A stretch of DNA of 64,000 nt from an uncultured bacterium (GTDB lineage Bacteria > Actinomycetota > Acidimicrobiia > Spongiisociales > UBA5794): assembly GCA_963801165.1 (NCBI GenBank), contig CAWDDT010000004.1:576001-640000 (forward strand), given 5' to 3'. The notes below the pieces were generated by a model that was not told the origin of the DNA, made no database searches, and was given only the letters and a program-made list of their open reading frames with translations. Below, in pieces: positions 1-9,656 of this stretch. The translations under genes were made by a program, and so were the position numbers. Each line of letters begins with the position of its first letter. Positions within the stretch are counted from its first letter, which is position 1.

Positions 1-69
1 GCGCTTCGTTGGATCGCTGTGAGGCTCGGCCTCAGGAACCTCGAGCACCCTTCCGATCGTCACACCACC

Positions 70-1371
70 ATGCACATGTTTGTTGGCGTCGTAGCGGTGT
101 CCCTGGTGGTGGCTTCCTGTGGGGGAGCCGATGGCACGGAGAGCAATTCGACCCCGACTACTGCGGTGGCCCCCGGCGACACCCTCGGCGAGCCGGGTTC
201 GCCGTCTGTCGAAGCGTGTGGTCTCAGCGATCCGTGGGGGATGGTGGAGACCGCCTTCGTGGGGACGGTTGCGGCCGTCACAACGCGGGACCGTATATCG
301 CAGGAAGCTATCGATGGTCGAGCAGCTAGCGGTGGCGAATGGCAGTGGGTGAGTTTCGAGGTCGACGGCTGGTACACCAAGGACTTCGGTACCGGTTTCT
401 CCATGTGGGCACCGGGGTTTGCCGGCAGGGTGGGGGAGCGGTGGCAGATCGCCGGCGCGTTGTACTTTGTCGACGGAGAGCAGTCGGGCGAGGTATTCCC
501 CTGTGTTTCGACCGCCGCGACGACCGACGATCTGGCGGCCTGGGACGCTCGGTATGGGGGCAGCGTCGCTGCCGGCAACGGGACGCCGGAGCAACCGGCC
601 GATCCGCAACTCGTTGCAAATATCGACGCACACGAGCAGACCTGGGAGCAGCGCCGACCGAATAGCTACACCGCCATCATCTCGGCGTCGAGCGGGTCAA
701 TCCGTTCCGACGAGTGTGGCGCCTCAGGCCAAATCCGGGTGGTGGTGGAGGCGGGACGCGTCGTCGAAGCCGTCGATTTGCAGCGGCGATGCCGGGTCGA
801 CGACCCGACGCAAACGCCCACCGTCGACGACCTCTTCGATCTGGCTCGGGGGGCTGCAGGCGCCGTCCAGGGCGACGTGATCTTCGACCAGGACCTCGGG
901 TTCATCACGGGGTTCTCCGCCTCCGATCGGAGTGTCGATGTCTGGGGTGGGGCCGATCTCCTCGCGGACGTTGCCGTCCCGGTGACACTCGGGACAGATG
1001 AGTCGCTTGCGGCTGCCGAGCAAGCCCGTTCCCGGTGGGAGGATTCCGCGATCGACTCCTATACCCTGGATCTGGAGGTCCAGTGCTTCTGTTCGGTGGG
1101 CGGCCGGTTCGAGGTGACTGTCACCGACGGGGTGATTGAGTCGGTAACGGGAGCGAGCGGACGAGGGGCTCCGCCCGACGTTGACTCGTTTGATTTCACG
1201 GTCCCGGGGCTGCTCGACAGCCTGACGGGCTGGTCGGGGAGCACCCCGGACTTCATCGCTGCAGGCTTCGATGAGCTGGGCTACCCGGTCGATATCCATA
1301 TCGATGCGATAACCGAGGCCGTCGACGATGAGCTGACCGTACTCGTCCGCAGCCTCACGCCGACCAGCTGA
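70..1371 (+). CDS. Lipoprotein with two C-terminal DUF6174-like repeats
   Basis: Lipobox VVASCGG follows ATG 70 (ORF track starts at 19). Two similar domains: 'WEQRRPNSY...TVDDLFD...FDQDLGF' and 'WEDSAIDSYTLDLEVQCFC...TVPGLLD...FDELGYP...DDE'. Confidence 0.6.
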   Translation: MHMFVGVVAVSLVVASCGGADGTESNSTPTTAVAPGDTLGEPGSPSVEACGLSDPWGMVETAFVGTVAAVTTRDRISQEAIDGRAASGGEWQWVSFEVDGWYTKDFGTGFSMWAPGFAGRVGERWQIAGALYFVDGEQSGEVFPCVSTAATTDDLAAWDARYGGSVAAGNGTPEQPADPQLVANIDAHEQTWEQRRPNSYTAIISASSGSIRSDECGASGQIRVVVEAGRVVEAVDLQRRCRVDDPTQTPTVDDLFDLARGAAGAVQGDVIFDQDLGFITGFSASDRSVDVWGGADLLADVAVPVTLGTDESLAAAEQARSRWEDSAIDSYTLDLEVQCFCSVGGRFEVTVTDGVIESVTGASGRGAPPDVDSFDFTVPGLLDSLTGWSGSTPDFIAAGFDELGYPVDIHIDAITEAVDDELTVLVRSLTPTS

Positions 1372-1437
1372 GCCGCGGAGTGCGACGTACGAAATCGCCG
1401 CCATATCGCGGCAAGTCCCCGGGTTACAGTGAACGTC

Positions 1438-2196
1438 ATGGTCGCCGCGTCGTCTACCGGTCGTCGGGAGCCCCCGGCCTTTCGCCGGCTCACTGTGTCT
1501 CGTCTGCAGTGGCTCGGGCCACGGATGATCCGGGTAACCGTCGACGGTGGCGAGCTATCGGGATTCGAGATCGAGCAACCGGCGGCGAGTATCCGTCTGC
1601 TCATCCCGGCCCCGGGATCGACCGAGCTGGTCATCCCCAGATGGAACGGCAACGAGTTCCTCCTGGACGACGGGAGCCGACCTGTCATCCGCACCTTCAC
1701 GCCGCGTGATCTGACACCGCGCGGCCTCGACCTCGACATCGTGATTCATCCGGGTGGAGCCGTCTCGTCTTGGGTGGAGAACGCCCACCCCGGCTCGAAG
1801 GCGGCGGTTAGCGGCCCCGGCCGCGGTTACGGGATAGACCAGGCCGCATCGGGTCTCGTGCTCGTTGGCGACGAGACCGCGATCCCGGCGATTAGCCAGC
1901 TGCTGGAGCACCTCCGCCGGCCCGCTGATGTACACCTGGCGGTTCACAACCGTTTCGGTCGCGTCGAGCTACCGCAGAAATCCGACGTGAACGTCGTCTG
2001 GCACGAGCTGTCAGATCCGGGCAAGATGGGTGAGGTGATGGTGGCCGCGCTCGGCATGACCGAATTGGAGTCAAAGCCGATCTGGTGTGCGGGTGAGGCC
2101 GCGGCTATGCAAGAGGTCCGCACGTATCTGCTCGAGGAGATGGGCATTCCCCGGTCACGAGCCACCGTGCGCGGGTACTGGAAGGCCAGGGAATAG
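1438..2196 (+). CDS. Siderophore-interacting protein (FAD-binding ferric-siderophore reductase, ViuB family)
   Basis: RTFTPR, LDIVIH, GPG, GDETAIPAI, AGEA and C-terminal GYWK motifs. TACAGT -10 lies 7 nt before ATG 1438. Confidence 0.85.
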   Translation: MVAASSTGRREPPAFRRLTVSRLQWLGPRMIRVTVDGGELSGFEIEQPAASIRLLIPAPGSTELVIPRWNGNEFLLDDGSRPVIRTFTPRDLTPRGLDLDIVIHPGGAVSSWVENAHPGSKAAVSGPGRGYGIDQAASGLVLVGDETAIPAISQLLEHLRRPADVHLAVHNRFGRVELPQKSDVNVVWHELSDPGKMGEVMVAALGMTELESKPIWCAGEAAAMQEVRTYLLEEMGIPRSRATVRGYWKARE

Positions 2197-2312
2197 CCGG
2201 ATGGCTCCGTGATAGGCTTTCGAGGCATCCACCTCCGGGCGTGTGCCCGGAAATCTCAATGCAAGCACCCGCAGAACCGATACGACCCGTAGCCGTCTTT
2301 GGGAGTTGAGCC

Positions 2313-4427
2313 ATCGCCAGGAGATCCCGCCAACCGGACATCGATGATGCCGGGGACACCGCAGCACAGGCGGCGGAACGAACCGCGTCCGATGAGCTTC
2401 CCAAGCGGCCGGTCGGACGATACATAGTCGGCCTGGCAGCCATCGCCGTCGCCGCCGTTGTCTCCACCATCCTCACCTCCACCGCCATTGCCCGCCAGGG
2501 ACAAGACGCCAGCCTGCTCGAGGTCGTAACTCAACAGATCTCGCTGAGCGAGTCGATGGACAGCTCCGCCGCCACCCTCGAGGCAACTGAGGATCCGGCT
2601 GCACGGGAGAAGGAGATCAATCGGCTGCGGACACCGCTCATCGAACTCCGCAACAATCACAACGGCCTCCGCTACGGGAGCAAGACACTCAACCTGCCCA
2701 CCGACCACAGCACCGAATTTGACGAACACATTGCCGCTCGGGTCGAGCCGCACCTGGTCGAAGTGGGTCGGCTGGCCGAGGAGCTGATCACCAATGCGTC
2801 GTCTGGTGCCAAGCTGCGGATCGGCGCCGCCGCAGAGCTGGCGCGGGCTTCAGAGGAGTTCCGCGAGGGAATGAAGGGTCTGGCGACCCTGGTGAAGGAT
2901 GAAGTGGAGGATCGGGTTGCGGGGCTCCGGATCACCCAACTGGTGCTGCTGTCGGTGATGCTCCTGCTGCTGATCCTCGAGGGGCTCTTTCTCTTCCGAC
3001 CTGCGGTCCGCGACGTGCGCAAGGAGTGGGAGCAGCGGGCCGCAGAACATGAATCAGCCCGAGCCCAGGATCAGCAGAAGCTCAGCTACCTGGCTCGCTA
3101 CGACCCGCTCACGGGGCTGATCAACCGATTCCTGTTCGGAGACAGGCTGGAGAGCGCGATCGCCCGCGCCCGGCGCGACGAGACCCTGGTGGCTCTCATG
3201 TTTCTCGACCTGGATGACTTCAAGGCAGTCAACGATCACTACGGTCACGGCACAGGCGACGCCCTTCTCAAGCAGGTGGCCAAACGCATCGTCGGCTCGG
3301 TCCGGGAGACCGACAGCGTCGGCAGGATCGGCGGCGATGAGTTCACGGTGATCCTCGAAAGTGGCAACCGGCTCGAGGATGCGGGCCAGGTGGCCACCAA
3401 GATCCTCGATGCCGTATCCGAGCCTTACGTGATCGGCACCAGGGAGCTTCGGGTGACGGCGTCGATCGGCATAGCCATGTACCCGCTCGACGGCGAGGAT
3501 TCCCAGGCACTTCTGAGGGATGCCGACATCGCCATGTACTCGGCAAAGGCAGCCGGCGCCAACACGTACCAGTATTTCACCCCCAAGCTCCGCCAGAGCG
3601 CATCGGAGCGTCTCGGCCTGATCGACGGCCTGCGGCGGGCCGTGGCGACGGGTGAGGGTCTCCGGCTCGTCTACCAGCCATGGATCGACACCGACACCGG
3701 GAAGGTTTCCGGGGTGGAGGCGCTCTTGCGGTGGGAGCACGAAGAACTCGGCATGGTGCCCACCGAGCGGTTCGTCTCGCTTGCCGAGCAGACGGATCTG
3801 ATCGTGCCTCTCGGTCTGTGGGCGATGAACCAGGCGTGCCGCCAACTCAAGACGTGGCACGATTCCGGGCTCGAGCCGTTCCGGGTGTCTATCAACGTCT
3901 CCCCGCGACAGCTCAAGCGGGGCAACCTCGCCGAGGTAGTGGAACACACACTCGAAAGGACCAAGCTCGATGCGTCTCTGCTGATGCTCGAGCTCACCGA
4001 GCGCACCCTCGTCGAAGACACCGAAACCGCACGTCGCACCCTGGAACGGTTGCGTGCCATTGGCGTCTCGATCGCCATCGACGACTTCGGCACCGGCTAC
4101 TCATCGCTCAGCTATCTCAAGAGCTTCCCCATCGACGCCATCAAGATCGACCGCGAGTTCGTACGCGATTCGGTGCTCGACCCCGACACCGCAACCGTTT
4201 CCGAGTCGATGGTGCGGCTGGCAACCGATTTGCGCATGAATGTGATTGCGGAGGGCGTCGAGACCCGCGAACAGCTAGACATGTTCCACGGGTTCGGATG
4301 CCACCTGGTCCAGGGGTTCTACATTTCTCGCCCCCTCGCCGCCGACCGGATGCCACGCGCCATCGAGAAGGGCTTCGGGTTCACCGCCTCGGCAGGCAGG
4401 GGCACCTCCCCCGCAGGCCCGCGCTAG
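2313..4427 (+). CDS. Membrane-bound GGDEF-EAL protein (diguanylate cyclase/phosphodiesterase) with extracellular sensor domain
   Basis: DPLTGL, DLDDFK, RIGGDEF, EALLRW, ELTE, DDFGTGYSSL and AEGVET motifs. The frame is open upstream of ATG 2556 and encodes TM1 (RYIVGLAAIAVAAVVSTIL). The ATC start at 2313 is inferred. Confidence 0.85.
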   Translation: MARRSRQPDIDDAGDTAAQAAERTASDELPKRPVGRYIVGLAAIAVAAVVSTILTSTAIARQGQDASLLEVVTQQISLSESMDSSAATLEATEDPAAREKEINRLRTPLIELRNNHNGLRYGSKTLNLPTDHSTEFDEHIAARVEPHLVEVGRLAEELITNASSGAKLRIGAAAELARASEEFREGMKGLATLVKDEVEDRVAGLRITQLVLLSVMLLLLILEGLFLFRPAVRDVRKEWEQRAAEHESARAQDQQKLSYLARYDPLTGLINRFLFGDRLESAIARARRDETLVALMFLDLDDFKAVNDHYGHGTGDALLKQVAKRIVGSVRETDSVGRIGGDEFTVILESGNRLEDAGQVATKILDAVSEPYVIGTRELRVTASIGIAMYPLDGEDSQALLRDADIAMYSAKAAGANTYQYFTPKLRQSASERLGLIDGLRRAVATGEGLRLVYQPWIDTDTGKVSGVEALLRWEHEELGMVPTERFVSLAEQTDLIVPLGLWAMNQACRQLKTWHDSGLEPFRVSINVSPRQLKRGNLAEVVEHTLERTKLDASLLMLELTERTLVEDTETARRTLERLRAIGVSIAIDDFGTGYSSLSYLKSFPIDAIKIDREFVRDSVLDPDTATVSESMVRLATDLRMNVIAEGVETREQLDMFHGFGCHLVQGFYISRPLAADRMPRAIEKGFGFTASAGRGTSPAGPR

Positions 4428-4554
4428 CCGAAGCGACGAGAGCGCCGGCGACGCCCAGCGTGTTGATCGATCGAGCCGTCAGGTCAACCCGGAAGCCCGG
4501 CGAAGCATCGCTGCGCCGAGCGGATCGATAAAACTACTGCAAACTGCTGTAGAT

Positions 4555-4574
4555 ATCGGGACCAAAGACTCTAT
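4555..4574 (+). promoter_or_regulatory. DosR/DevR-like operator upstream of the hdr-mvh operon
   Basis: ATCGGGACCAAAGACTCTAT matches 14/20 positions of the mycobacterial DosR consensus TTSGGGACTWWAGTCCCSAA. Confidence 0.5.
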
Positions 4575-4661
4575 ATGGTCCGTCCCTCCCGGACTTGATT
4601 GTTATGGCGGAGAGCCAGACGGTTCCGACACGGCATTGCGGGACTTCGCAAGGAGATATGC

Positions 4662-5255
4662 ATGACGACTGAGGCCATGATCCGGAGAGAGGCAGATCGC
4701 GATCTCGAATTCGCTGCCTGGTTCACCGGACTTATTGGAGAGGAGAAGCTGCGGGAGTGTATCCACTGCGGCGTGTGCAGCGGTAGCTGCCCGCTGGCAG
4801 GACACATGGATTTCGGTCCCCGCAAGCTCATGTATCTGGCCAGGGAGGGTTTTGCCGACGACGTGCTCGGATCGAACACGCTCTGGTTGTGCACGAGCTG
4901 TTACGCCTGCACGGTCTCTTGCCCCCAGCAGATTCCGGTGACCGACGTGATGTACGCGCTCAAGCGCAAAGCCATCGAGTCCGGCAAGGCCCAGAAACGG
5001 CACCCGGTTGCGGTAATGGCCAAGGGCTTCACCAAGATGGTGCGCAAACGGGGGCGGTTGACCGAGGGATATTTGATCGCAGGTCTGGCGCTCCGGACCG
5101 GTGTGCACAAGTACCTGGGGATGGCCGGTATGGGTATAAACGCCCTTCGCACCGGTCGGATCTCGCTACGCCACGACTCCATCAAACGGCACGACGAGCT
5201 CACGCACCTGCTCGACGTTGTGGACCAACACCGCGAGGAGGTGGCAGCAAAATGA
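4662..5255 (+). CDS. hdrC: Heterodisulfide reductase subunit C (2x[4Fe-4S])
   Basis: CIHCGVCSGSCP and WLCTSCYACTVSCP motifs. AAGGAG SD before ATG 4662. First gene of the hdr operon. Confidence 0.9.
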   Translation: MTTEAMIRREADRDLEFAAWFTGLIGEEKLRECIHCGVCSGSCPLAGHMDFGPRKLMYLAREGFADDVLGSNTLWLCTSCYACTVSCPQQIPVTDVMYALKRKAIESGKAQKRHPVAVMAKGFTKMVRKRGRLTEGYLIAGLALRTGVHKYLGMAGMGINALRTGRISLRHDSIKRHDELTHLLDVVDQHREEVAAK

Positions 5256-6163
5256 CGGGCTACGACTACTACCCGGGATGCTCACTCAAAGGCACCGGGA
5301 AGCCCTACGAGGAATCGCTACTTGCGGTGTTTGGTGCCCTCGGAGTCGGCCTCGACGAGCTCGAGGACTGGAACTGCTGCGGTGCCACTGCCTATATGGC
5401 GGTCGACGAGTTGAAGGCCGTCGCACTGGCGACGAGGAATCTCGCCCTCGCCGAACGCTCCGGCAAGGATCTGGTGGCGCCGTGCAACGCGTGCTGGCTG
5501 GTCTTGAACAAGACCAATCACCGCCTCGAGGACGACGAGAGCTTGCAACGCACCGTGTGCTCGGCGCTCGGTGCCACCTGCACGGTTCCCAATACCGCAG
5601 ACAAGGAACCGCTCACCTACACGGGCACGGTCAACGTGCGGCACCCGCTCGACGTGCTGGTGAACGACGTCGGGGTCGATGCTATCGCCGAGAAGGTCAC
5701 CAAGCCCCTCGAGGGCTTGACGGTCGCCCCGTACTACGGCTGCCAGATCGTACGCCCGCTGTCACCGTTCGACGATCAGGACAACCCGGTGACGATGGAC
5801 AAGCTGCTCGGAGCCACCGGCTGCACCGTGCTCGAGGACTATCCGTTCAAGACTCGTTGCTGCGGAGCGAGCCAGATGATGACGATGCCGGATGTCGGCT
5901 TGGATCTGGTCTCGATGCTTCTCGAGGATGCTGTTGCGCGCGGTGCCGACGTCATTGCAGTGGCCTGCCCACTCTGCCAATTCAATCTGGAGGGCTACCA
6001 GCCGAAGGTCTCGAACCTGCTCGGCGAGAAGGTCAACGTCCCGATCCTGTACTTCACGCAGCTGATCGGGATGGCGATGGGCATCGACCACAAGACGCTC
6101 GGTCTCCAGCGAAGCTTCGTGAAAGTGGAGCCGGTGCTCGCAGGGAGGTCGGCCCATGAGTGA
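5252..6163 (+). CDS. hdrB: Heterodisulfide reductase subunit B (two CCG domains)
   Basis: YYPGC, DWNCCG, APCNAC, YYGC, RCCG and ACPLCQFNL motifs. ATGA overlap with hdrC. Confidence 0.92.
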   Translation: MTGYDYYPGCSLKGTGKPYEESLLAVFGALGVGLDELEDWNCCGATAYMAVDELKAVALATRNLALAERSGKDLVAPCNACWLVLNKTNHRLEDDESLQRTVCSALGATCTVPNTADKEPLTYTGTVNVRHPLDVLVNDVGVDAIAEKVTKPLEGLTVAPYYGCQIVRPLSPFDDQDNPVTMDKLLGATGCTVLEDYPFKTRCCGASQMMTMPDVGLDLVSMLLEDAVARGADVIAVACPLCQFNLEGYQPKVSNLLGEKVNVPILYFTQLIGMAMGIDHKTLGLQRSFVKVEPVLAGRSAHE

Positions 6164-8135
6164 AAGCAACGGCACGCCCCGTATCGGGGTGTATGTGTGT
6201 CACTGCGGCACCAACATCGCGGCGACAATCGACGTGTTTGCCGCCCAGGTGGCGGCCGAGAGCATGCCCGGCGTGACGATCTCCCGCGAATACAAGTACA
6301 TGTGCTCGGACCCGGGCCAGGAGATCATCAAGGAGGACATCAGGGAACTTGGTCTTGACCGCGTCGTTGTTGCCTCTTGCTCTCCGTGTCTGCACGAGGA
6401 GACCTTCCGCAACGCCATCGCCGACGGTGGGATCAACCCCTACTACTTCCAGATGGTCAATATCCGGGAGCATGCATCGTGGGTCCACAAGGACAAGGCG
6501 GCCGCAACCGAGAAGGCCGTCGACCTGATCCGGGCGGCCGTGCGTCGGGTCCGGCTCCATGAGCCTCTGGAGGCGAGGCGTGTGCCGATCGAGCCCAAGG
6601 TGATGGTGGTGGGCGCTGGCATCGCAGGTATCCACGCGGCGCTGACGATGGCCAATGCCGGCAAGCACGTCTACCTGGTGGAACGCGAGCCGAGCATCGG
6701 CGGTCACATGGCGATGTTCGACAAGACGTTCCCGACCCTCGACTGTGCCGCCTGCATCCTGACCCCGAAGATGACCCAGGTGCGGGCACATCCGAACATC
6801 GAGATCATGACGATGTCTGAGGTAACCGAGGTCGACGGCTTTGTCGGCAACTACACGGTCACCGTCAAGCACAACCCCCGATACATCATCGAGGAAGCGT
6901 GCGTCGGCTGCCAGGAATGCATTGACGCCTGCGTGTTCCGCAACGGGAAGACGCCCGACGAGTTCAACCTCGGACTGTCAAAGCGCAAGCCGATTTACAT
7001 GCCCTTTCCTCAGGCGGTGCCGCAGGTCGTTCTCATCGACCCGGACGGCTGTATCGAGTTTCGGACCGGAAAGTGCAAGAAGACCTGCGTCGAGGTATGT
7101 GCCGACCGCAACGCCATCGACTTCCAGCAGGAGGTGACTTTCGAGGACCTGAACGTCGGGGCGATAATCATCGCCACAGGTTTCAAGACCTTTGACGCCA
7201 CCCGGGTGCCCCGCTACGGATACGGGAAGTTCGACGGGGTGTACACCGCGCTCGAGATCGAGCGCCTGGTCAATGCGTCGGGTCCGACCGAAGGCGACAT
7301 CGTCATGCGCGACGGGCGCAAGCCAAAGTCGATCGGTGTCATTCACTGTGTCGGGAGCCGCGACAAGAACACCAATGAGTACTGCTCGCGGGTGTGCTGC
7401 ATGTACTCGCTCAAGTTGTCGCATCTCCTCAGGGAGAAGACCGACGCCGAGATCTACGAGTTCTACATCGACATGCGGACGCCGGGTAAGGGTTTCGAGG
7501 AGTTCTACAACCGGGTCGAAAAGGAAGGTGTGCACTTCATCCGCGGCAAGGTCGCCGACGTCTACCCCGAGGCCGGGAACACCGGGAAGCTGGTGCTCCA
7601 GGCCGAGGACACGCTGGCCGGCATGGTCCGCAAGATCCCGGTCGACATGGTGGTCCTGGCCACGGGCCTGGAGCCCAAGGATGACGCCGAGGACGTGCGC
7701 CGCACCTTCAACATCACCTGCTCGGGCGGTGGCTTCTTCATGGAGCGTCACCCCAAGCTGGCGCCGGTGAGCACGTTCACCGACGGGGTGTTCCTCGCAG
7801 GCGCATGCCAGGGACCAAAGGACATCCCCGACACCGTCGCCCAGGCCGGAGCCGCGGCAGCCGAGGTGCTGGCTCTCGTCGACGCCGGGTTCATCGAGCT
7901 CGAGCCGAACACGGCGTTCGTCGTCGAGGAGGAATGCTCCGGCTGCAAGACCTGCGTCGGTCTGTGCCCGTTCCATGCCATCGCCTACGACAACGGCAAG
8001 GCGCACATAAACGAAGTGCTGTGCAAGGGATGCGGAACCTGCGTGGCGGCATGCCCGTCGGGTGTCATCCGGCAGAACCTGTTCGAGGACGGTGAGATCT
8101 TCGAGGAGATCGTGGGAGTACTGACCAATGCTTGA
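6156..8135 (+). CDS. hdrA: Heterodisulfide reductase subunit A (FAD, FeS; electron-bifurcating)
   Basis: GVYVCHCGTNI, VVGAGIAG, FPTLDCAAC, HCVGSRD, YCSRVCCMY and GPKDIPD motifs, plus C-terminal ferredoxin motifs. Confidence 0.95.
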   Translation: MSESNGTPRIGVYVCHCGTNIAATIDVFAAQVAAESMPGVTISREYKYMCSDPGQEIIKEDIRELGLDRVVVASCSPCLHEETFRNAIADGGINPYYFQMVNIREHASWVHKDKAAATEKAVDLIRAAVRRVRLHEPLEARRVPIEPKVMVVGAGIAGIHAALTMANAGKHVYLVEREPSIGGHMAMFDKTFPTLDCAACILTPKMTQVRAHPNIEIMTMSEVTEVDGFVGNYTVTVKHNPRYIIEEACVGCQECIDACVFRNGKTPDEFNLGLSKRKPIYMPFPQAVPQVVLIDPDGCIEFRTGKCKKTCVEVCADRNAIDFQQEVTFEDLNVGAIIIATGFKTFDATRVPRYGYGKFDGVYTALEIERLVNASGPTEGDIVMRDGRKPKSIGVIHCVGSRDKNTNEYCSRVCCMYSLKLSHLLREKTDAEIYEFYIDMRTPGKGFEEFYNRVEKEGVHFIRGKVADVYPEAGNTGKLVLQAEDTLAGMVRKIPVDMVVLATGLEPKDDAEDVRRTFNITCSGGGFFMERHPKLAPVSTFTDGVFLAGACQGPKDIPDTVAQAGAAAAEVLALVDAGFIELEPNTAFVVEEECSGCKTCVGLCPFHAIAYDNGKAHINEVLCKGCGTCVAACPSGVIRQNLFEDGEIFEEIVGVLTNA

Positions 8136-8640
8136 GGTAACGGACGCCCGGGAGGTTGCCGTGGACCAGGCTTTCGAGCCGACCATTGTCGCCTTCTTCT
8201 GCAACTGGTGTACCTATCTGGCCGCCGATCTGGCGGGAACGTCACGAATGAAATACGCACCGAATGCCAGGGTGATTCGGGTGATGTGCTCGGGTCGCGT
8301 CGATCCGCAGTTCGTCTTCGACGCCTTCGCCCGTGGCGCAGATGGCGTGCTCATCGGAGGCTGCCATCCTGGTGATTGCCACTACCAGGAGGGCAACTAC
8401 AAGGCGCTCCGCCGATACCAGTTGACCAAGCGGCTGCTCACCGATCTCGGTGTCGAGCCGGAGCGGTTCCGGCTCGAGTGGATCTCAGCTGCAGAAGCGG
8501 ATCGTCTGCGGGACGTCATGAACGAGATGACGGCGCAGATCAAGGCCCTCGGCCGCGCCGACTTCAGTGTGCCGGACGAGCCCTTTGATATCCCGGAGCT
8601 CGAGCCCGAACCCGAGATCGAGGAGGCCGTTGTCTCATGA
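8128..8640 (+). CDS. mvhD: F420-non-reducing hydrogenase [2Fe-2S] subunit D
   Basis: FFCNWCTY, VMCSGRVDP, GCHPGDCHY and WISAAE motifs. Confidence 0.93.
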   Translation: MLEVTDAREVAVDQAFEPTIVAFFCNWCTYLAADLAGTSRMKYAPNARVIRVMCSGRVDPQFVFDAFARGADGVLIGGCHPGDCHYQEGNYKALRRYQLTKRLLTDLGVEPERFRLEWISAAEADRLRDVMNEMTAQIKALGRADFSVPDEPFDIPELEPEPEIEEAVVS

Positions 8641-9656
8641 GTGATAAGCCAAAGGTCGCCTTCTACTGGTGCGCCTCATGCGGCGGGTGCGAGGAAGCCG
8701 TCGTCGACCTGGCCGAGAAGCTGCTCGACGTCGCGGACGCGGTTGACATCGTCTTCTGGCCGGTCGCGCTCGACACCAAGAAGGCCGATGTCGAAGCGAT
8801 GGGCGACGGCGAGATCCTGGCAACCTTCGTCAACGGGGCGGTCCGCACGACCGAGCAGGAAGAGATGGTTCGCCTGCTCCGGCGCAAGTCGCAGCTGTTG
8901 CTTGCCTTCGGATCGTGCGCCCACATGGGTGGCATACCCGGTCTCGCCAATCAATGGGATCGGGAGACGATCCTCGATACCGTCTACCGCCAGTCACCGT
9001 CGACGGTCAACCCCGAAGGCGTCGTTCCCCAGCAGGTCACCAGGGAGAACGGCTACGAGGTTTACCTGCCCGGGTTCTACGACACGGTGCGGACGGTCGG
9101 TCAGGTTACCGACCTCGACTACGTGGTGCCGGGGTGTCCCCCTACTCCCGGGATCATCGCCGGTGCGGTAGCGACACTGCTGAGCGGAGAGGTACCCCCC
9201 AAGGGGTCGGTACTCGCCCCGGATGTGGCACTGTGTGACGAATGCGACCGCAAAGTCACCAAGCCGGAGACGGTGTCGCTCACCGAATGGAAGCGCCCCC
9301 ACCTCGTCGACGTCGACGAGGATCTCTGCCTACTGGCACAAGGCCTGGTCTGTCTCGGCCCGGCGACCCGGGCGGGCTGCGGAGCCCAATGCGTCGGCGC
9401 CAACATGCCGTGCACGGGGTGCTTCGGGCCCACTAGCCGGGTCCGCGACGGAGGCGGCAAGGCGCTGGCGGCAATCGCCTCCCTGGTGGGCAGCGACGAC
9501 CCGGACGAGATCGAGCGCATTCTCGATGGGATCCCCGATCCGGTCGGCACGTTCTATCGCTATAGCCTCCCGGCGTCGCTGCTGCGGCGAGCCCCCATGG
9601 CACAGCCGGTGAAGATCACAACACAAGGAAGTGACGCAAGGAAAGTGACGCGGTAA
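8637..9656 (+). CDS. mvhG: [NiFe] hydrogenase small subunit (MvhG-type)
   Basis: CASCGGC, GSCA, PGCPP, CDEC, CLGPATRAGC and MPCTGCFGP motifs. Confidence 0.92.
   Translation: MSDKPKVAFYWCASCGGCEEAVVDLAEKLLDVADAVDIVFWPVALDTKKADVEAMGDGEILATFVNGAVRTTEQEEMVRLLRRKSQLLLAFGSCAHMGGIPGLANQWDRETILDTVYRQSPSTVNPEGVVPQQVTRENGYEVYLPGFYDTVRTVGQVTDLDYVVPGCPPTPGIIAGAVATLLSGEVPPKGSVLAPDVALCDECDRKVTKPETVSLTEWKRPHLVDVDEDLCLLAQGLVCLGPATRAGCGAQCVGANMPCTGCFGPTSRVRDGGGKALAAIASLVGSDDPDEIERILDGIPDPVGTFYRYSLPASLLRRAPMAQPVKITTQGSDARKVTR

Noticed and set aside
2259-2312. Selenocysteine readthrough of the in-frame TGA in the GGDEF gene
   Set aside because: No redox-motif context and no evident SECIS; an ATC start is simpler.
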